Below, piece by piece: positions 1 to 64,000 of a stretch of DNA of 64,000 nucleotides. Location: NCBI RefSeq assembly GCF_964204645.1, contig NC_134025.1, forward strand, positions 8,556,001 to 8,620,000. The letters run 5' to 3'. Origin of the DNA: Tubulanus polymorphus. Taxonomy: Eukaryota > Animalia > Nemertea. The stretch's first letter is position 1. Every line of letters begins with the position of its first letter. A model generated the notes under the pieces. The model searched no databases, was not told the DNA's origin, and saw only the letters and a list, made by a program, of their open reading frames with translations. Both the position numbers and the translations under genes were made by a program.

Positions 1-379
1 AGGATACTCTCCATCGGCGCAAACCCTCAAGAACATGACTCCCTGAAAGTCAGTTTTCTGAAGTCGCTTTCACACAAGTTAATCCGTTCTAATTTGACCT
101 GTACACTTTGATTGACAAGTTATTCAAGCAAAGTTTTTATAGTATTCACACACAGAAATGGTCCATTTTGATTTACAATGGACCAGCATTTTTGGTTGGT
201 CTGAATTGGCCCAAAATTGACTCAGAACTGACTTATTATATCGCGAGTGTGAAAGCTTGGTCCATTCTAGATTGAAACCGAATGAATTGAGAACGTTCTA
301 AGTAATGTTGTGCGAATGTAGCTTCTACCTTGAAATAGTAGCCGACTGTGATGACTGAGTGTTTCTTAACATTTTTCAG

Positions 380-675
380 GGCCAATAAAACAGGTGGCGA
401 ATGTGTTATTGATTTTCATGATGTGTGGAGCTCTAGCTACGCATGTGCAGATGGATGATGATCTGGAGCGAATGACGCCATCTATTGTGTTTGGACTTTT
501 GTTAACGTGTAGACTTGTGATTTATATGCAAGTGCGAGCGCGGCAACATGCTCAGCGAATTGACAATGAAATACGTTTAGCGCGCGAGGCGAAAATACGA
601 GAACTTCAACTGAAAGAGAAAAAACTACGAGGTTCAGCTAAAACTGAACAAAATGAATCGAAAAAAGCTCGATGA
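380..675 (+). CDS. TMEM35A: Last coding exon of a TMEM35A/NACHO-like (DoxX-like) nicotinic acetylcholine receptor chaperone; upstream exons lie outside the window
   Basis: Acceptor ttttcag ends at 379. The exon reads (G)PIKQVANVLLIFMMCGALATHVQMDDDLERMTPSIVFGLLLTCRLVIY, matching recalled TMEM35A '[48 protein letters not shown]'. Two hydrophobic helices, a Lys-rich tail, stop TGA at 673-675. Confidence 0.85.
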
Positions 676-1732
676 TGTTTCTTTGGAGAATAGTTTATTG
701 TGTTTGACTGTTTTTGTGTTTTTGAACCATACATTGAGAGGATTTCCAGACTAGAGTGTATTTCTTGTTACTTGTCACTTATTCAATCATAAATCTTTTT
801 GTAATATAGGCCTATCACCTTCAGCTTGAATCAACTACAAGTAGGAAAAAAATTATATATTACGTTTTTGGTGGAAAACAGAAAGGTGATTGTCAGATTT
901 TCATCTCTGTAATGGTGCAAGTAATGGTCTTTTACCTTTGTCTTCCTTTACATTCTCTGCATAAAGTTAGTCACTTAGAAATTTGAAATATTTTAGCATC
1001 TTGATATCCTATGATACTAGTACATGTACACCTGAACGTCTCCTAGATTAGCATTGTTTAATTGCTGTACTTACAGAAAAGTCAGTTTATTCTATGTTAC
1101 AATGAAGTTTTTCCAGATGATTACAAATACGTGTACCTGTAATTTTACTTAACCTTTATTAAATTTTCAAAGTTGCAAATTGACCAATTTCTGAAGTTGC
1201 AAAATAAATATGTGGAAAATAATGTCAGAAATGAGAAAACCTATGTAGATGCATGGTTTGGTTGAAAAATATTTGTGTACTTGGGCTGTAGATATTTAGA
1301 TTATTTATTTCCCTAGTCGGTATTGAAAATTAGTTATGGCTACCCGCTAAGTAAGAGTCGCCCGTATACCAGGTCTCAAGAGATGATTCCTGTGTGTGGT
1401 TCCGATTTCTTTTGTCTAGTCTCTTTTTCAACTTTTTATATAGATCTACAAATAAATGTATTTGAGTTGTGTAAATTTCATTGTTCTTTTTCATTTTGGA
1501 AGCAGTCACAAGGAACAATGGTTTGTAGCAAGTCCACTAAGTGCTACTTTTTGGAAAAGGCCTTGATATGTGCTTACTTTTGACAAAAATGTCCAAGTGC
1601 TCACAAGAGCTCCTTTTTGACTTTGCAGTCACAGCATTCGCAATAGTGGATACTAATTGAAAGCCAAGCACACATCACTCCTGGGCAATTAACATGTCCT
1701 AGAACAGTTTTTATATCGGTGATTTATTGATG

Positions 1733-1738
1733 AATAAA
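1733..1738 (+). terminator. Candidate poly(A) signal of the TMEM35-like gene
   Basis: AATAAA followed about 15-30 nt later by GT-rich ttgttgatttgttatggt. Other AATAAA copies occur near 1203, 1451 and 1937. Confidence 0.4.
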
Positions 1739-2047
1739 ATCTGTAGTCAATTGTTGATTTGTTATGGTACTTCTAATCGTTTGTCAGCCGACATTTTTCC
1801 ATTTCTAAATATCCCATTTTGTGTAAATAGAAAGCGCCCTTTTCATCATTTGAATCACAGCCTTTGGTAATTTCAGGATCCACCACTGAAATTCTATGAA
1901 CCTGTCCAAAACACTTTTGTGCGATAATTCATCCGAAATAAAGGATTCAAGTCAAGGGATACACCGGAAGGGGACATGAGACCAATCGAAATATGAAAAT
2001 GAAAACATAACTATACATTTCAATTACCAGTAAAAACATTAACACAT

Positions 2048-2053
2048 TTTATT
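2048..2053 (-). terminator. Candidate poly(A) signal of NAV (implies a ~2.8 kb 3' UTR)
   Basis: TTTATT on plus is AATAAA on minus, followed by a U-rich tract on minus; a second copy lies at 2084-2089. Confidence 0.4.
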
Positions 2054-4839
2054 GTATGAAAAACCAACATGTCTGTACAATAATTTATTTACAACAAGGT
2101 TTCTGTGATAAAACCAGTTACACTCAAATATTTTCAATTTGATCCACTTTAAAATCCATTTCAATTTCTCAGTATTCAACTTTGTAAATATACCTTTAAA
2201 CTATATGAGCATGAGGGTGATAATGCCATATTATATGGGAATGATTCCCATTGTACTTCTAAATGTTATCAAAAGTGCAAATACAAAACTTCGAAAAGAA
2301 GGTAGCTTTATAAGTGCTTGTATGAACATAAAGGAGTGCAATAGGATGCTTAACTGCATGGGATTCTACAACTGCGTTTCAAGGGTCTAGACACTTTCCC
2401 CATTACTGAAGAGATACCTTTCTCTTATATAGTACGATTGTAAATGAATTGAAAACAAACAATTTTGCCTATATAAAAATATGGAAAATATTCATTGAAG
2501 TAATTGATTTCCACTCAGGAAATTGGTTGAAAATTAGTAAAAAATATCAATCTGAATGTCTACTTCCAAAAGAATAAAACGTACAATCAGTACAATCTTC
2601 AAACTTGTTGTGCTTTGGTAATTTCTCCCAACAGGGGAACAAATTAAAAACACAATCCAAAACAATGAAAAACAATCACAACCTAACATCGGTATTGACT
2701 AAACATCGAAATTCATTTTATGAATGCAACACAAATGAAGACATTACGGTACTTAACAATAAATTATTGGACAACATAAAATTTGTTAATGAAACACAAG
2801 GTCAAGGGTAAAGCCAAGCGAGTTGGACGTAATGTAATTGTTTCACTCCTCTTCACCATTGAGGAAGTCACTAACCCTGTCTCATCTTGGACACAAATCA
2901 TTTGATGATTGGACCAAGATCAAATAAACACTAATCTAAAATTCTACAATCTATAAAGAATATTGAAATGGATCTTCGAGATGATGCATGGTTTCAGATT
3001 TGGTTGATGTGGGCCTTTTCCATGCAATCCCATAAAGGATGCTTCGGGAAACTGTTCTCGCGTGGACCAAAGAAAATATCTGAGCTGAGCCGATGAAAAG
3101 ATTCTTCTTGGTCAGTTGTAAAAATGCTACAATTCCATGTCGCCATTGTGTTCGTGATTTATTGCTTATTTTGTGTGATGCGAATGTTTGTGGTCATTTA
3201 TCTACATAAATGCAAATCGATTATAAATTGCATTATGATTACAAAGCATACAAATTTCAATCATCCAAAAGGCAAGCCGGTTCTTATGAACAAATTGATT
3301 GGCATGTAGCTGAATAAACCAATGGCAGTGGAAAAACCAAAATATTGAGTCATTTGATAAATGGATAATCATAACTTTCAAAAATAGATCCTTTTAGATT
3401 CATTTTGTTAGTTACATCTACTATGAACATCGATTTTGTTAGTACTTTTTGGTCCTCTATATTGACTATCCCATAATATATTGGTGAAATCAAAACACAT
3501 CAATTGTTAAGAAATCTTCAATAGTGGCCTTAAATCTCCTACATAATATTTTTATAGTAAATTCAACAATTAAGAAATCTTTATATAATCTTACTATGAT
3601 TAAACATTGCCAACACGAAGATATCAACTAATTCGAAATAAACTTGTTCCACTTTTAATGAAAACTTTTAGATCAGATAATCCGATATTATTAAGCATAG
3701 AGAAAAAAAGGAAAACTAGATTTTCCGATGTATCAATACTTTGTTCCAGCAGTTGTACATCATTTCATTAAGAAATGTGGTCATTCATAAGAAACCCGAT
3801 AAGAAATGTAATGAAAAAATATCATAGATAAGTCATCTAATAAGTATCTCTATATACAATTCCTCTTTTTCAAAATAAATATCATAATGCTATTTTTTTC
3901 ATAGCATTTTATGTATACATATATATTTATATAATTAGTAGTAATTCAATCAAAACATCTGAATTATACTAGAAATACATGATCATGCATACTTTGCTAT
4001 CAGTCATAAGTCACCGACTTTTGCTACAAATTACATATTTAAAAATTCACATTTGATCAAATAAATTTGCTGACGTCTTGTCAATTCTTAACATAGTAAT
4101 TAGAAAATGTAGGTAAATTGATTGAATGGAGTAAAATAACATTGACCTCTACACCGAATGTATTTTTAATCAGCGATGAAAATTCATTCGCCCATCTCAC
4201 CAGATCAATCTATAAATGCAGGTTGATGGGAACAAACGAGTTTCTAACTTTATTCTGAGAAAATCATACCTGGTAATCAATGACATTATCCAAATTCAAA
4301 TATGAACGTCTCGCAATCATATATACATATCTATATATTACGTTTCAAAGATGATACAGTCACTTGCACGCATTCTATATGGTTCTACACATCATATATG
4401 TTGATACACAAATCATTATCTTCATAACGTGATAGTTTACAATGAAGATATAACCATTGCAGTATGAAGTTTAAGACATGTTTTCAGGATTTTCAATCTG
4501 TCTTGTCTGTTTACACATTCGAGAGCTGAATTTCATACCGGATATAACAATAACAACATAACAGGACCGATGTATATTCACAACTTTGCCTCTTGGCACT
4601 TATACTACAACAAATATTACTACCGAACTATGCACCGGTTGACTAGTTTTGCAAGTTTCACACCATACAGCTATACAAATTGTGAATATACGTAGCACCA
4701 ATTTCAGACTGCGGCCTGGCCACAAAAACAACAACAACAACAGAGACAGTAGCAGTCGATTTTTACAACCATGTACTGGAAATATTGTACAGATTTTCAC
4801 AGTGCAAATTGTTTTCAGTTTTCGATGAGGAATACCCGA

Positions 4840-55042
<50,203 letters not shown>

Positions 55043-56588
55043 CTGTAATGATAAAACATACGAATTCTATATCAGTGAATATATAATCAATACATTTTTC
55101 TCTAAAAATTTCTTTTTAGATTACTTTGGGACGACTTAATACCCAGACATAATTTTTCAATGTCTGGATTACTGAGCAAATCAGGGCTTCATCTGAAACA
55201 CGTAATCTTATGACTGTAAGAAGACGACTTTTTGACTCATCCAATTAGCTTAAGAAGAAAAACTATTGCTGATTCATCAAAACTTCAATATTTTTTTTAG
55301 ACGTCTCCACAGTCGAGTGAATATCAGCAGCTCATAGTTCCTGTATTAATGTACAGATGGAAGCACCTTATAGCACCACGGATTAAGAGTCTATGATAGC
55401 AGTTACTGACAGAAAGCGAATGTCGAACTGTTCTGGATAGTGCATTGAATTCTTCACGAAAAGGAAAAAAATCAAAACAAATTGCCTGGATTCGTTTCAA
55501 ATGTACGAATTGTCTAGCCACCTATATAAATCATGCATTCAATACAACAAAACACAAAGACATTTAGATCTTTTCAATTGAAAAATCGATCGACAGAAAT
55601 TTAATTTGGGGCCTATTTTTCTTGTGTAAAGAAGTAGTGTGATAAATGACTCAAATAACATTGCAAGAATGTGCCTTTGTGGAGGAATGTGAAACGATCT
55701 ACAACTTACAGGCTCATTTATGTAAAATCCCATTATATCTAATCACTATAAAAATGATTTTCCCGAATGTCTCCTATGGGTAATAATACTGAGTGATTTA
55801 TTAATATGTCTGACCTTACAGATCAAAGCTGTCAATGTATTTTGTACGATCTGCAAACAACAAAAAGACAACGCATCCACTGAGATTCTTCACATGATAT
55901 TTCGATTATTTATAAAGTATGAAATACGTTTTCTGTCATTCTGACGATGCAAATATTATGATACAACACAAAAAGGCTCCATATTCTCAAAAGTCAGATC
56001 CGGTCATAGAAAAAAAGATCTTCCCATTATTTGTTATGCAGTGTATTGAACGTATTCCGATGGTGTATCTAACTTTTTATATTTATAGACCTAATCAGCG
56101 CTACTGACTGATATGTGAATGCTTAACTAACCCTCGTGTGGCTAATGATCTATCTATATGATTGCAGATAAAACATCACATTTTTTATGCTGCCCATAAT
56201 CAGCTAATTATTCGGTTATCAAACACTGGGAATGATGTTTGATACCGCCAGTTCAGGAAGCGTGTCTATTTGATAGCTATAAAATGACTACTGGCCTGCT
56301 GATAAGAGAGTTTTTATGAAAAATATTTTTAGTAGCGCATTGATTGTATACCATTGATATGCTAGTGATAGTCAGGCTTAAAATCGCCATAATTCAATCT
56401 AAGTCTTACTTAGCCGCCACAACCCTTGTGAACAAGAATGAGCACTTATGCCTATGCTAAACACATTACTTAAGCTGAATTGGGACCTATTACTGATTTG
56501 AAAAAAAATCTGAGACTGAAGCAAAGTATTTGTTTGAGAACATTTTTTTTCAAAAAGAGATTGATTGATATTGGTCCACATATTTTAC

Positions 56589-56669
56589 CTGCAGATTAGC
56601 GGCGCCATGGTTGCGTGACATCCGCGGAATAAGCGATTTATGGCTATTAAAGCTCTGTGATCTTTCCAT
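56589..56669 (-). CDS. NAV2: Candidate first coding exon (MERSQSFNSHKSLIPRMSRNHGAANLQ)
   Basis: gccATGG start with an upstream in-frame stop; donor CAG|gtaaaa in phase 0; contains SxIP. Confidence 0.5.
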
Positions 56670-57631
56670 GGCATGAAAATTCGACGAAACTCCTCACTTT
56701 TCAATCAAGTTTTAAAGAGATCCATATAAAGATAACTCAAAAGATCAGCTGCAGTGGCCTTAGTTGAAAACCTGTACAATTCCCATTTATCCAACATTTT
56801 TTTCTATGTACCGTCTATAGAAACCACGGCTTAGATTTGAACGGTCGCAAAAATGCCCCACGTAATAGTAACGTCAAGATTTTTTCGCTCGAACCAAAGA
56901 CATACCAACGTACAAAGCCCATACTGAAGGCAATTGTCTATCTTACACAGCAATGGAGAAATGCTCAAATCCGTTAATAATAGAACATAGAACATGAAAA
57001 TACTAGATCCGTATTGAATAGTAATAACTTTTTACCTTTCAGGTCCCGGTTATGCTTTCATTTGATAGTTGATTGCGATATTCATAAATAGAAATATCAT
57101 TCTGTGGGGGCGAAATAATTCAGAACATGTTGAATTAAGTAATGAAGGTGGGAAAAAGATGAGATTTCAGAAAAGTATCTCTTCGGAAAAGTATCTATCC
57201 TAAGTCTAAGTTATTTCTTTAAGGTTAGCTTATGTCACTTGAAATCAAATATTAATGTCGAATCATTATTATCATCAGGGAAACTCTTTAGCGAGAGACT
57301 TTTCCCCATGGTATTCAACACATCAAAGAGCAGCGTATTGAATAGAGCTCGCGTATCACTTTCCAGCAACAAGCAGACGTCATTTTCATGAATATTTCAT
57401 ACAGATCCTTTGCTCGTTAGAAGCCACCCATTCCAAGCATTCAAGTCCCCCCATAAAATTATCCTTTCGAATCTTCAGATTCCTAGTTCGCATGGTCGTA
57501 TTTTCATTTCGAGGCATTTGGGAGTCTTGAATTAACAATTGATGCAATAAAAAGCTTATTGATATACGATAAAGTTTATACCAGATATTACGGCATTAAT
57601 ATGAAGAACTATCTGCATATAAAACGAAAAC

Positions 57632-57836
57632 GGTTTTGAAATGAGATATTGTTTTCACTTCATTCTTTATACTTCAATAAGATCCTAATAACAGAAACAA
57701 GACAATCAATTTTGATAAATTATTTGACACCTGAGAAAAAAATGTAGAATTTTATTGGATAAGCTAATGTGGTTTTGAAATGAGATATCGTTTTCACTTC
57801 ATTCTTTATACTTCAATAAGATCCTAATAACAGAAA
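57632..57836. repeat. 66-bp direct repeat, 2 copies 139 bp apart
   Basis: ggttttgaaatgagatat(t/c)gttttcacttcattctttatacttcaataagatcctaataacagaaa at 57632-57697 and 57771-57836, 1 mismatch. Confidence 0.9.
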
Positions 57837-60727
57837 AAACGAAGACATTGATATGTCAGTGCAGACATTTTAGAGCATGATACTGTTGGTATAGACTATG
57901 GGTAGTCATTGGTGTAAGTACAACACTTTTTTACTGAAATTATTTCAATCGCTAACTGAAGTCCCTGTCAACCAAAGCAAATATCAAAATGCTTCAACTA
58001 TTTAAAGGCGCTGTGGGGGCCGTTTTCAATTTTACACCCGACCTGAGCAATTTGTCAAAGCTATTAAACGCTTTCATTAAATACTTTGGGAAACCATGAA
58101 AGGAAACGCTTTGTCTACGGTGTAAAACATTTGGCCACATTTCAAACATTTCTCATTGTCAGAGAAACTTTGCATTGATCTGAATTGTCAAAGACTGTCA
58201 AATGGCATGTAAAAAGACATGCCTACGGCATCAGACAAGCTGTTACAATAATTAAGCTATATACCACAAGTATTTTCGAAAGGAGATTTCTTCTACGACA
58301 GTGCCTAAACTCTCAAATATCAAGACTATAATATAAGTTAACCAACTCAAAAACATTTTTCCATCCATGAATCTGTACTGATGAGATCAATATAGCCAAA
58401 TTATATGAGATATGTTAAAGATAACTTCCCAAAGTATGCCCATCATGAATTTCAATGAAAGAAGGTAAATCATTCAGAAACTGAAAATAATTGCAACCGA
58501 TGAGCGATCTTGATTCTGATCAGCCGTTTTTTGGGCAGCAGATGTATCTAGGGTTGATAACGTACAAAACAAATATCAAGACAATCCATTGCAGGATCTT
58601 CAAAACTTCCCAAAACAGCTGCATTCCATCTATGGACGGATAAACGAAAATTGAATGCAATAGCCATTTGAGGCTACACCCTAAATGGGTTAAACTCACA
58701 CAGAAACTTGAATGAAATGTAATTTTCATTGAGAACTGTTAACCTAACCGTTGGTATACAATTGCTGGCACGAGCTTGCAAAATGTGTATCAAGAAGATG
58801 CTGGCAAGGATTCAGTACTGAGGGAGCAGTTAATACAAGCTGAAATAACCAGCTTCCATCATCTGCAAGACAGGTGAACCTTTATCTCATACACCTGGAA
58901 AATACTAGCGTTTGGAAAATTACTAAAAAATCGGTTTCTCTTTTTGCTGAAAAATGGGGAAACACATGCTCGAGGTTTTCTAGATAAGACTAAGTGTTCG
59001 ACAGTGGCAATCGGAGATGCTGTTTGTACCGAGCAAGGATCCACCAGGTTCACAAGTGTGCATTTGGACAACGATACCTGGATTCCGTCTCAGATTCCAT
59101 TAAATACAATCCACGATTTCTCAAATTCTATAAACAATGGATAAGAACATATATATATCAACTAAGATCCATCCGAGTTTACTGAGATATGATTTACTTT
59201 ACGTTTCATGCAGGAGGTTGAAAATGTAAAGCGAATTGAAAATGAACTAGATTTCGATCGAGACGTCCTATTGGTGCACACGCCATCTAGTGGGATAGAC
59301 ATGACACGGGGTCCTCATTGTAGAACGAGGAACTCCATACATGAAGGCGCTGCCATTGCTCATCTTGGATGTCGCAACACTGCAGACACTGGCGAAATAT
59401 GATCATATTGAACAATATAATTTTTGATTATTTGAAAACAGAAATAACAGCATACACTTTATTCTAGGTCTTCGCTTCTCTTAAAATGTTTTTGAATGAG
59501 AAAGCAACAACTTGGCATAATCAAGGGATGGACCTTGAAATCTAGACAAAAAGCTAAATGAGAGCCAATGCCAAAAGATTTTCAGAACAATTCTCCGCAA
59601 TACATTCGTGTTCAAGACAATGAAATCCGTTAGGTTTTTCATTTCGATAACAATGTACTAATCACTGGCGGCTTGTCGTGAAACTGTAGGTTTAATCATG
59701 GACTCTAAAACGAAGAGTCCATGGTTTAATCCACCTAAACCTATGCTACTCCATTTATTTGACGATTAATTTTGTAAATATATGTCTATCCTCGAGACTT
59801 GACATCACTGATATAGATATAGATTATCTTCATGTACAATCGCCTTGTATGAATTATGGGCAAATTGATGATAAAACATATCATGCTGATTTCATTCCAT
59901 ATTTGATAAGCATCATAAATGAATAAAATATTTCAAACGCCGGCAGCAAATTATTTACAAACAAACGACCATCAAGTATCTATATCGCATTTTAAGTATC
60001 ATACATAAGTTGATTAATGTAATAATATTTTCTGTTTGCCTGTAGCATTTCCATGCATTCCCTTAACACCAAATTTATCACGAAAAACAAGAGCCGGCAA
60101 ATTGTGCATATATCGCTAAAAGCACGATATGTTTTATACCTAATTACATGAACAACACACTAGCAATGAACCAGCAACAACAAGCAGCGCTATCTGCAAG
60201 AGATACAAGAGAAAGCTACATGGCTAACCAGGGTAGTCATGTATGCATTCCCTGGCTATTTGGAGTAAGCCAAATTTGAGGTTGTTAAACCATGGCCATT
60301 TCAAATAGTCCGGCATACACTAGAATGTAACACGTAGAATAAAGCTAAACTTCGGTAATTTTGAAGAAAAGATCGCGCTAGTTCGTCTTAGAAAACAGCT
60401 ATTAACCTTCGGGAGGTTAACCCTGGGAACTACAAACGGTTCGAACGAAATCGCTCTTGAACACGTCTCCGATAAACCAACAAAGAAAGAAAAAACACAA
60501 ATATTTCTCTATCCATCCATTCTACGCACAAATATTTAATTTGCTGTGAAGAAATCGCATGGACGCAATAGCTGGCATATTTACTCGCTGGAGACGGCAT
60601 AAGCTCGACGAGACGGAAATATAAAAGCACTTGTTGAATATTACATTATTGCATGTAACTTGCCGGCGACGTACGGAAAAAATTAATCACCAAGAAGACC
60701 GGAAAAGACTCGAATCGCATTACTCAC

Positions 60728-60733
60728 GACCAT
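60728..60733 (-). CDS. NAV2: Candidate first exon contributing only Met-Val
   Basis: aagATGGTC|gtgagta; phase 0; CpG-richer leader-like sequence upstream. Confidence 0.35.
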
Positions 60734-61931
60734 CTTATCAATAGATTAATGAAAACAAGGATGATAACGAAACCCTGGAAGATAGAGTAACACGACACAA
60801 GTTTCCATCGCCATAGAAAAGTTTTGCTGAGTTTTCGAACTGCTTCACAATCATCGCAAACATGATATGAAATAAGAAACTCGAGGGGATTTTTTTTGGT
60901 CGTGCTCTTTAGATTAATCTGGAATCTCGAGCTATATCGAAAAACGTTTTTCGAACTTCATCCATAAATAAAAGTATCTGGTATCGGCTTTCAGAAAATA
61001 ATTATAGCCGCCAAATATCAACAGGAGCCCGAGAAATTTCTTATTTGATCTGACAAATGGAAACTTCATTGATTACACGGAATCCTTCTTTTTTCTTTCC
61101 TTTCGCGATGAGAGTGACAAAAATCGATACACAGAGATATGGATTACAGCATCAATGCTCTCTTTTAATAGCGTCGAGGAAAAGAGATGTAATACAATAA
61201 ACGCGGAGGAAATTGCGCATCAGCAATCATGTCAGAATCAGTCAGCGAAATCAGGAGGATTAATTAGAGCGATGATGGGAATAAACTGCGCTATGTAATC
61301 CATAAAATCCATGAAATTTACCTTTACTACAATTTTCTATCGGGGTTATTCATAAGTCATAATGATACAAGGCTCGTTTGAAGAACTTTCTCTAGAGAAG
61401 AAACGACATTTCTTTTTCAGCTCAGATAAAAAAAAGTCCAAGGAGAACATTGCCAGTTATTTCCATACATGCAGTTAGTTAGCTTCTAGGTTAAATATCT
61501 AAATCTATGATTATATCATTTTGAGACCCCACCTCTGGTATTAGTTCAATAACAAATGAATGGGAATATTTCATTTTTTGTGGTGGTGGGTGTATCTGTT
61601 ACAGCGGAACGGCCAGTATATGATCAGTGCATCATGTAAACTCTAAGAAAGGTCATTCCTAATCAGTAGCAATAAAGCAACCACCAGTCAAACATCATCA
61701 ATTGGCAAAATAAAGTAATAAACACGAGTTCAACTTAAGGTAAATGAGAAGTATACATTGCTATTATAATCACAATTGATTTTCAAGAATGATTTATTTT
61801 TGGTCTAAGTATATGCATTTTTTCGAATTAATGTCGCGCTGCGCTGAATTATAATGAGAAATAGCAGAAACATAAGACAATATGGGTGTAACCCTATTTT
61901 CATGTAAATATTCTAAATTGATAAATCTTAC

Positions 61932-62003
61932 CTTTTGTTTGAACAGATCATTAAATATTCCATCAACCCGCACCACAGCTTTTGCTACCACAGGACTCGA
62001 CAT
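61932..62003 (-). CDS. NAV2: Candidate first coding exon (MSSPVVAKAVVRVDGIFNDLFKQK)
   Basis: aaaATG start, 24 codons, strong donor AAG|gtaaga in phase 0 onto IYTDW; CpG-richer region upstream at ~62050-62760. Confidence 0.55.
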
Positions 62004-64000
62004 TTTAATTAAGTTTTTTCCCCGACAGTCACTTGCTTAGCAGGAAACTGTCAAACAACGCAATATACAACAGGAATACGAGAGTCGCAATGCGATAAAC
62101 ACCAAGGAGCAACAACCGGTAAAACCAGAAAAACTACAGTATCCAACCCAGTGTTGCACGCGGAACAAGTGAATAATGAAAAACACATCCCCCGCTTTCT
62201 TATAAGCAGGACATATGCACCAGTTTCTTCCTTACATAAAACACAGATTTCCGATGAATCCAATCTCTATCGAACTGATATCTCTGGGAGAGAGACCACG
62301 CAGAAGAAGGCGATAAAAATTCAATTAAGCCGACATCGGCATCATGCATCGGGATAATGCCGCACAAGTGTTGACATCCGCACTTGAAGTCTGATTGAAG
62401 TCCGATGCAGCAAACTCATCTACATTATGTCATTGACAAAATCTGGCCGACCAAACACTCCCAACCGATGAGCGGAATATGAAAGCTTAATTTTGGAAGC
62501 TTTAGATTTGAGTAATCGATGATCGATTTTTATACATGGGACAATTACGTCCCGGACTAGATCGGATGAAGAGATGCGCACTGAGTGCTTGCGCTGCAGC
62601 TTCGCTGGTTGATGAGGACGATTCAAAGAACTAAACTGTGCTCGAGTTCCCTAGAGAAAAAACGAGATGGCATGCCACTTGTTTGTCAATTATTGCCGAA
62701 TGGTCGTATGTACGCAGCACTGAACCGCGGATCAATTGGCGATTCTTAATTTCGTTTACGCGAACCTATAGAGGAATTAACCCTCCATGAAATACACAAT
62801 TTCCTAATAATTTGTCTGGTTTGTAAAACAGAGTATCGGATTCCTTTTTTCGCATTAGATAATCCAAAACAGAGGCGTGCATCTGAAGTGATGATTAGTA
62901 AAGTATTCATTTTTCAAATCCATAACGCGAATGATGTTATTCCATAAGAATAAGTTGTAGAAATAATGCAGACAGAAGGCTTCCGTGCCTCGATATCAAA
63001 ATCACAACCAGCTACCATAATCCTAATGTTCTACCAACGCGTCCATGTTGTAATCTCGATATATAAAATTCCAAATACATAATGATCCTTGTCTAGACTT
63101 TCCAGCTAGATGGATTGACATAACAAGATGAGAAAAAAAATTGCAGATCTACATCGCTCCATAACTGAGCTGCAACACTCTATGCAGCTATATACCAATC
63201 ATGAACTTGAAGCAGTTGTGAGTCTAGTATCAGATTTTATATTGCGTTTGCCGTGAGCCATCACTCATAAGTTCTAGCAGGTTATAACATTGGAAACGTG
63301 CAGCTCATTAATAGTATATTCCAGTTGGAAAGGTTTTGAGCTGAAATTCTTCGAACTATAATCGACAGGATGAATTTCTACAATTTACAAACGAATCAAT
63401 TACAAGCATTTTCAAGTTGTAGTGGCTGTAATAAATGTTACCATTAAACAATGCAGATGTTGCAAGTTGAGAGAACACGATTTTCTTATTCCATCGATTT
63501 ACAAAAATTCCTCCACTGCAGCCATAAATACAGAGATCGGCGTAATCATTCGAGCGAAGAAAACATCACCATCGATGATATTTATCAATGCTCCCTGGAA
63601 ATTGTATATAAATCCCTATATGTAGACTGCGCATTGCCCCTGCGACAAACAACCAAGTCAATATCGAGAATTTTCCGATACGACAACGCAAAGATAAGAC
63701 CAACGACTTCGCCATCTTATAAGCTAGCCAGTAAATGAGGTATTACGCTAACTGACATGAGCCGAACAAATTGTGATATCCGGAAATATACGGACAACAA
63801 ATGGGCAATAACGTAATGCAATGTTATAAGCGATGTTGCTATACTGAAAGTGCAATAAAAAACCATCCATTTATGTAAAAAATGGTACAGCCGCCATCAA
63901 AAATGTGTGCGCTTAGTCAACAAGTCCTCTTGGAAAGTCCTGACAAAGATTGTCTGCACAGTGTGTCACCAGGCAACCAAACTTGATGAAGTGCTCTTAA

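Noticed and set aside
1323-4800. Short ORFs between the two genes
   Set aside because: AT-rich 3' UTR sequence with no splice structure or recognisable homology.
58859-59071. Minus-strand ORF with a phase-0 CAG|gtgtat as another first exon
   Set aside because: Starts at TTG with no in-frame ATG, and the donor is weak.

Overview
AT-rich, intron-containing animal genomic DNA, probably an invertebrate (species not determinable here). Almost the whole window (4840 to ~62000, minus strand) is one neuron navigator gene (NAV2 / unc-53 / sickie family). I traced 23 phase-consistent coding exons by hand (7497 nt, 2498 aa plus stop). They run from the calponin-homology domain through two very large Ser-rich exons and coiled coils to the AAA+ domain and a C-terminal ESTI. 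On the plus strand, 380-675 is the last coding exon of a TMEM35A/NACHO-like nicotinic-receptor chaperone, tail-to-tail with NAV. The most notable structure is a set of intronic mini-exons (ATG plus splice donor), each in the phase required by the next NAV exon; these look like alternative first exons making nested N-terminally truncated isoforms. There is also a 7-copy YGSL[K/R] peptide array, several small non-autonomous transposon relics and (TA)n microsatellites. I saw no tRNA, rRNA, CRISPR array or intact transposase. Family comparisons are from recalled sequences, not database searches.
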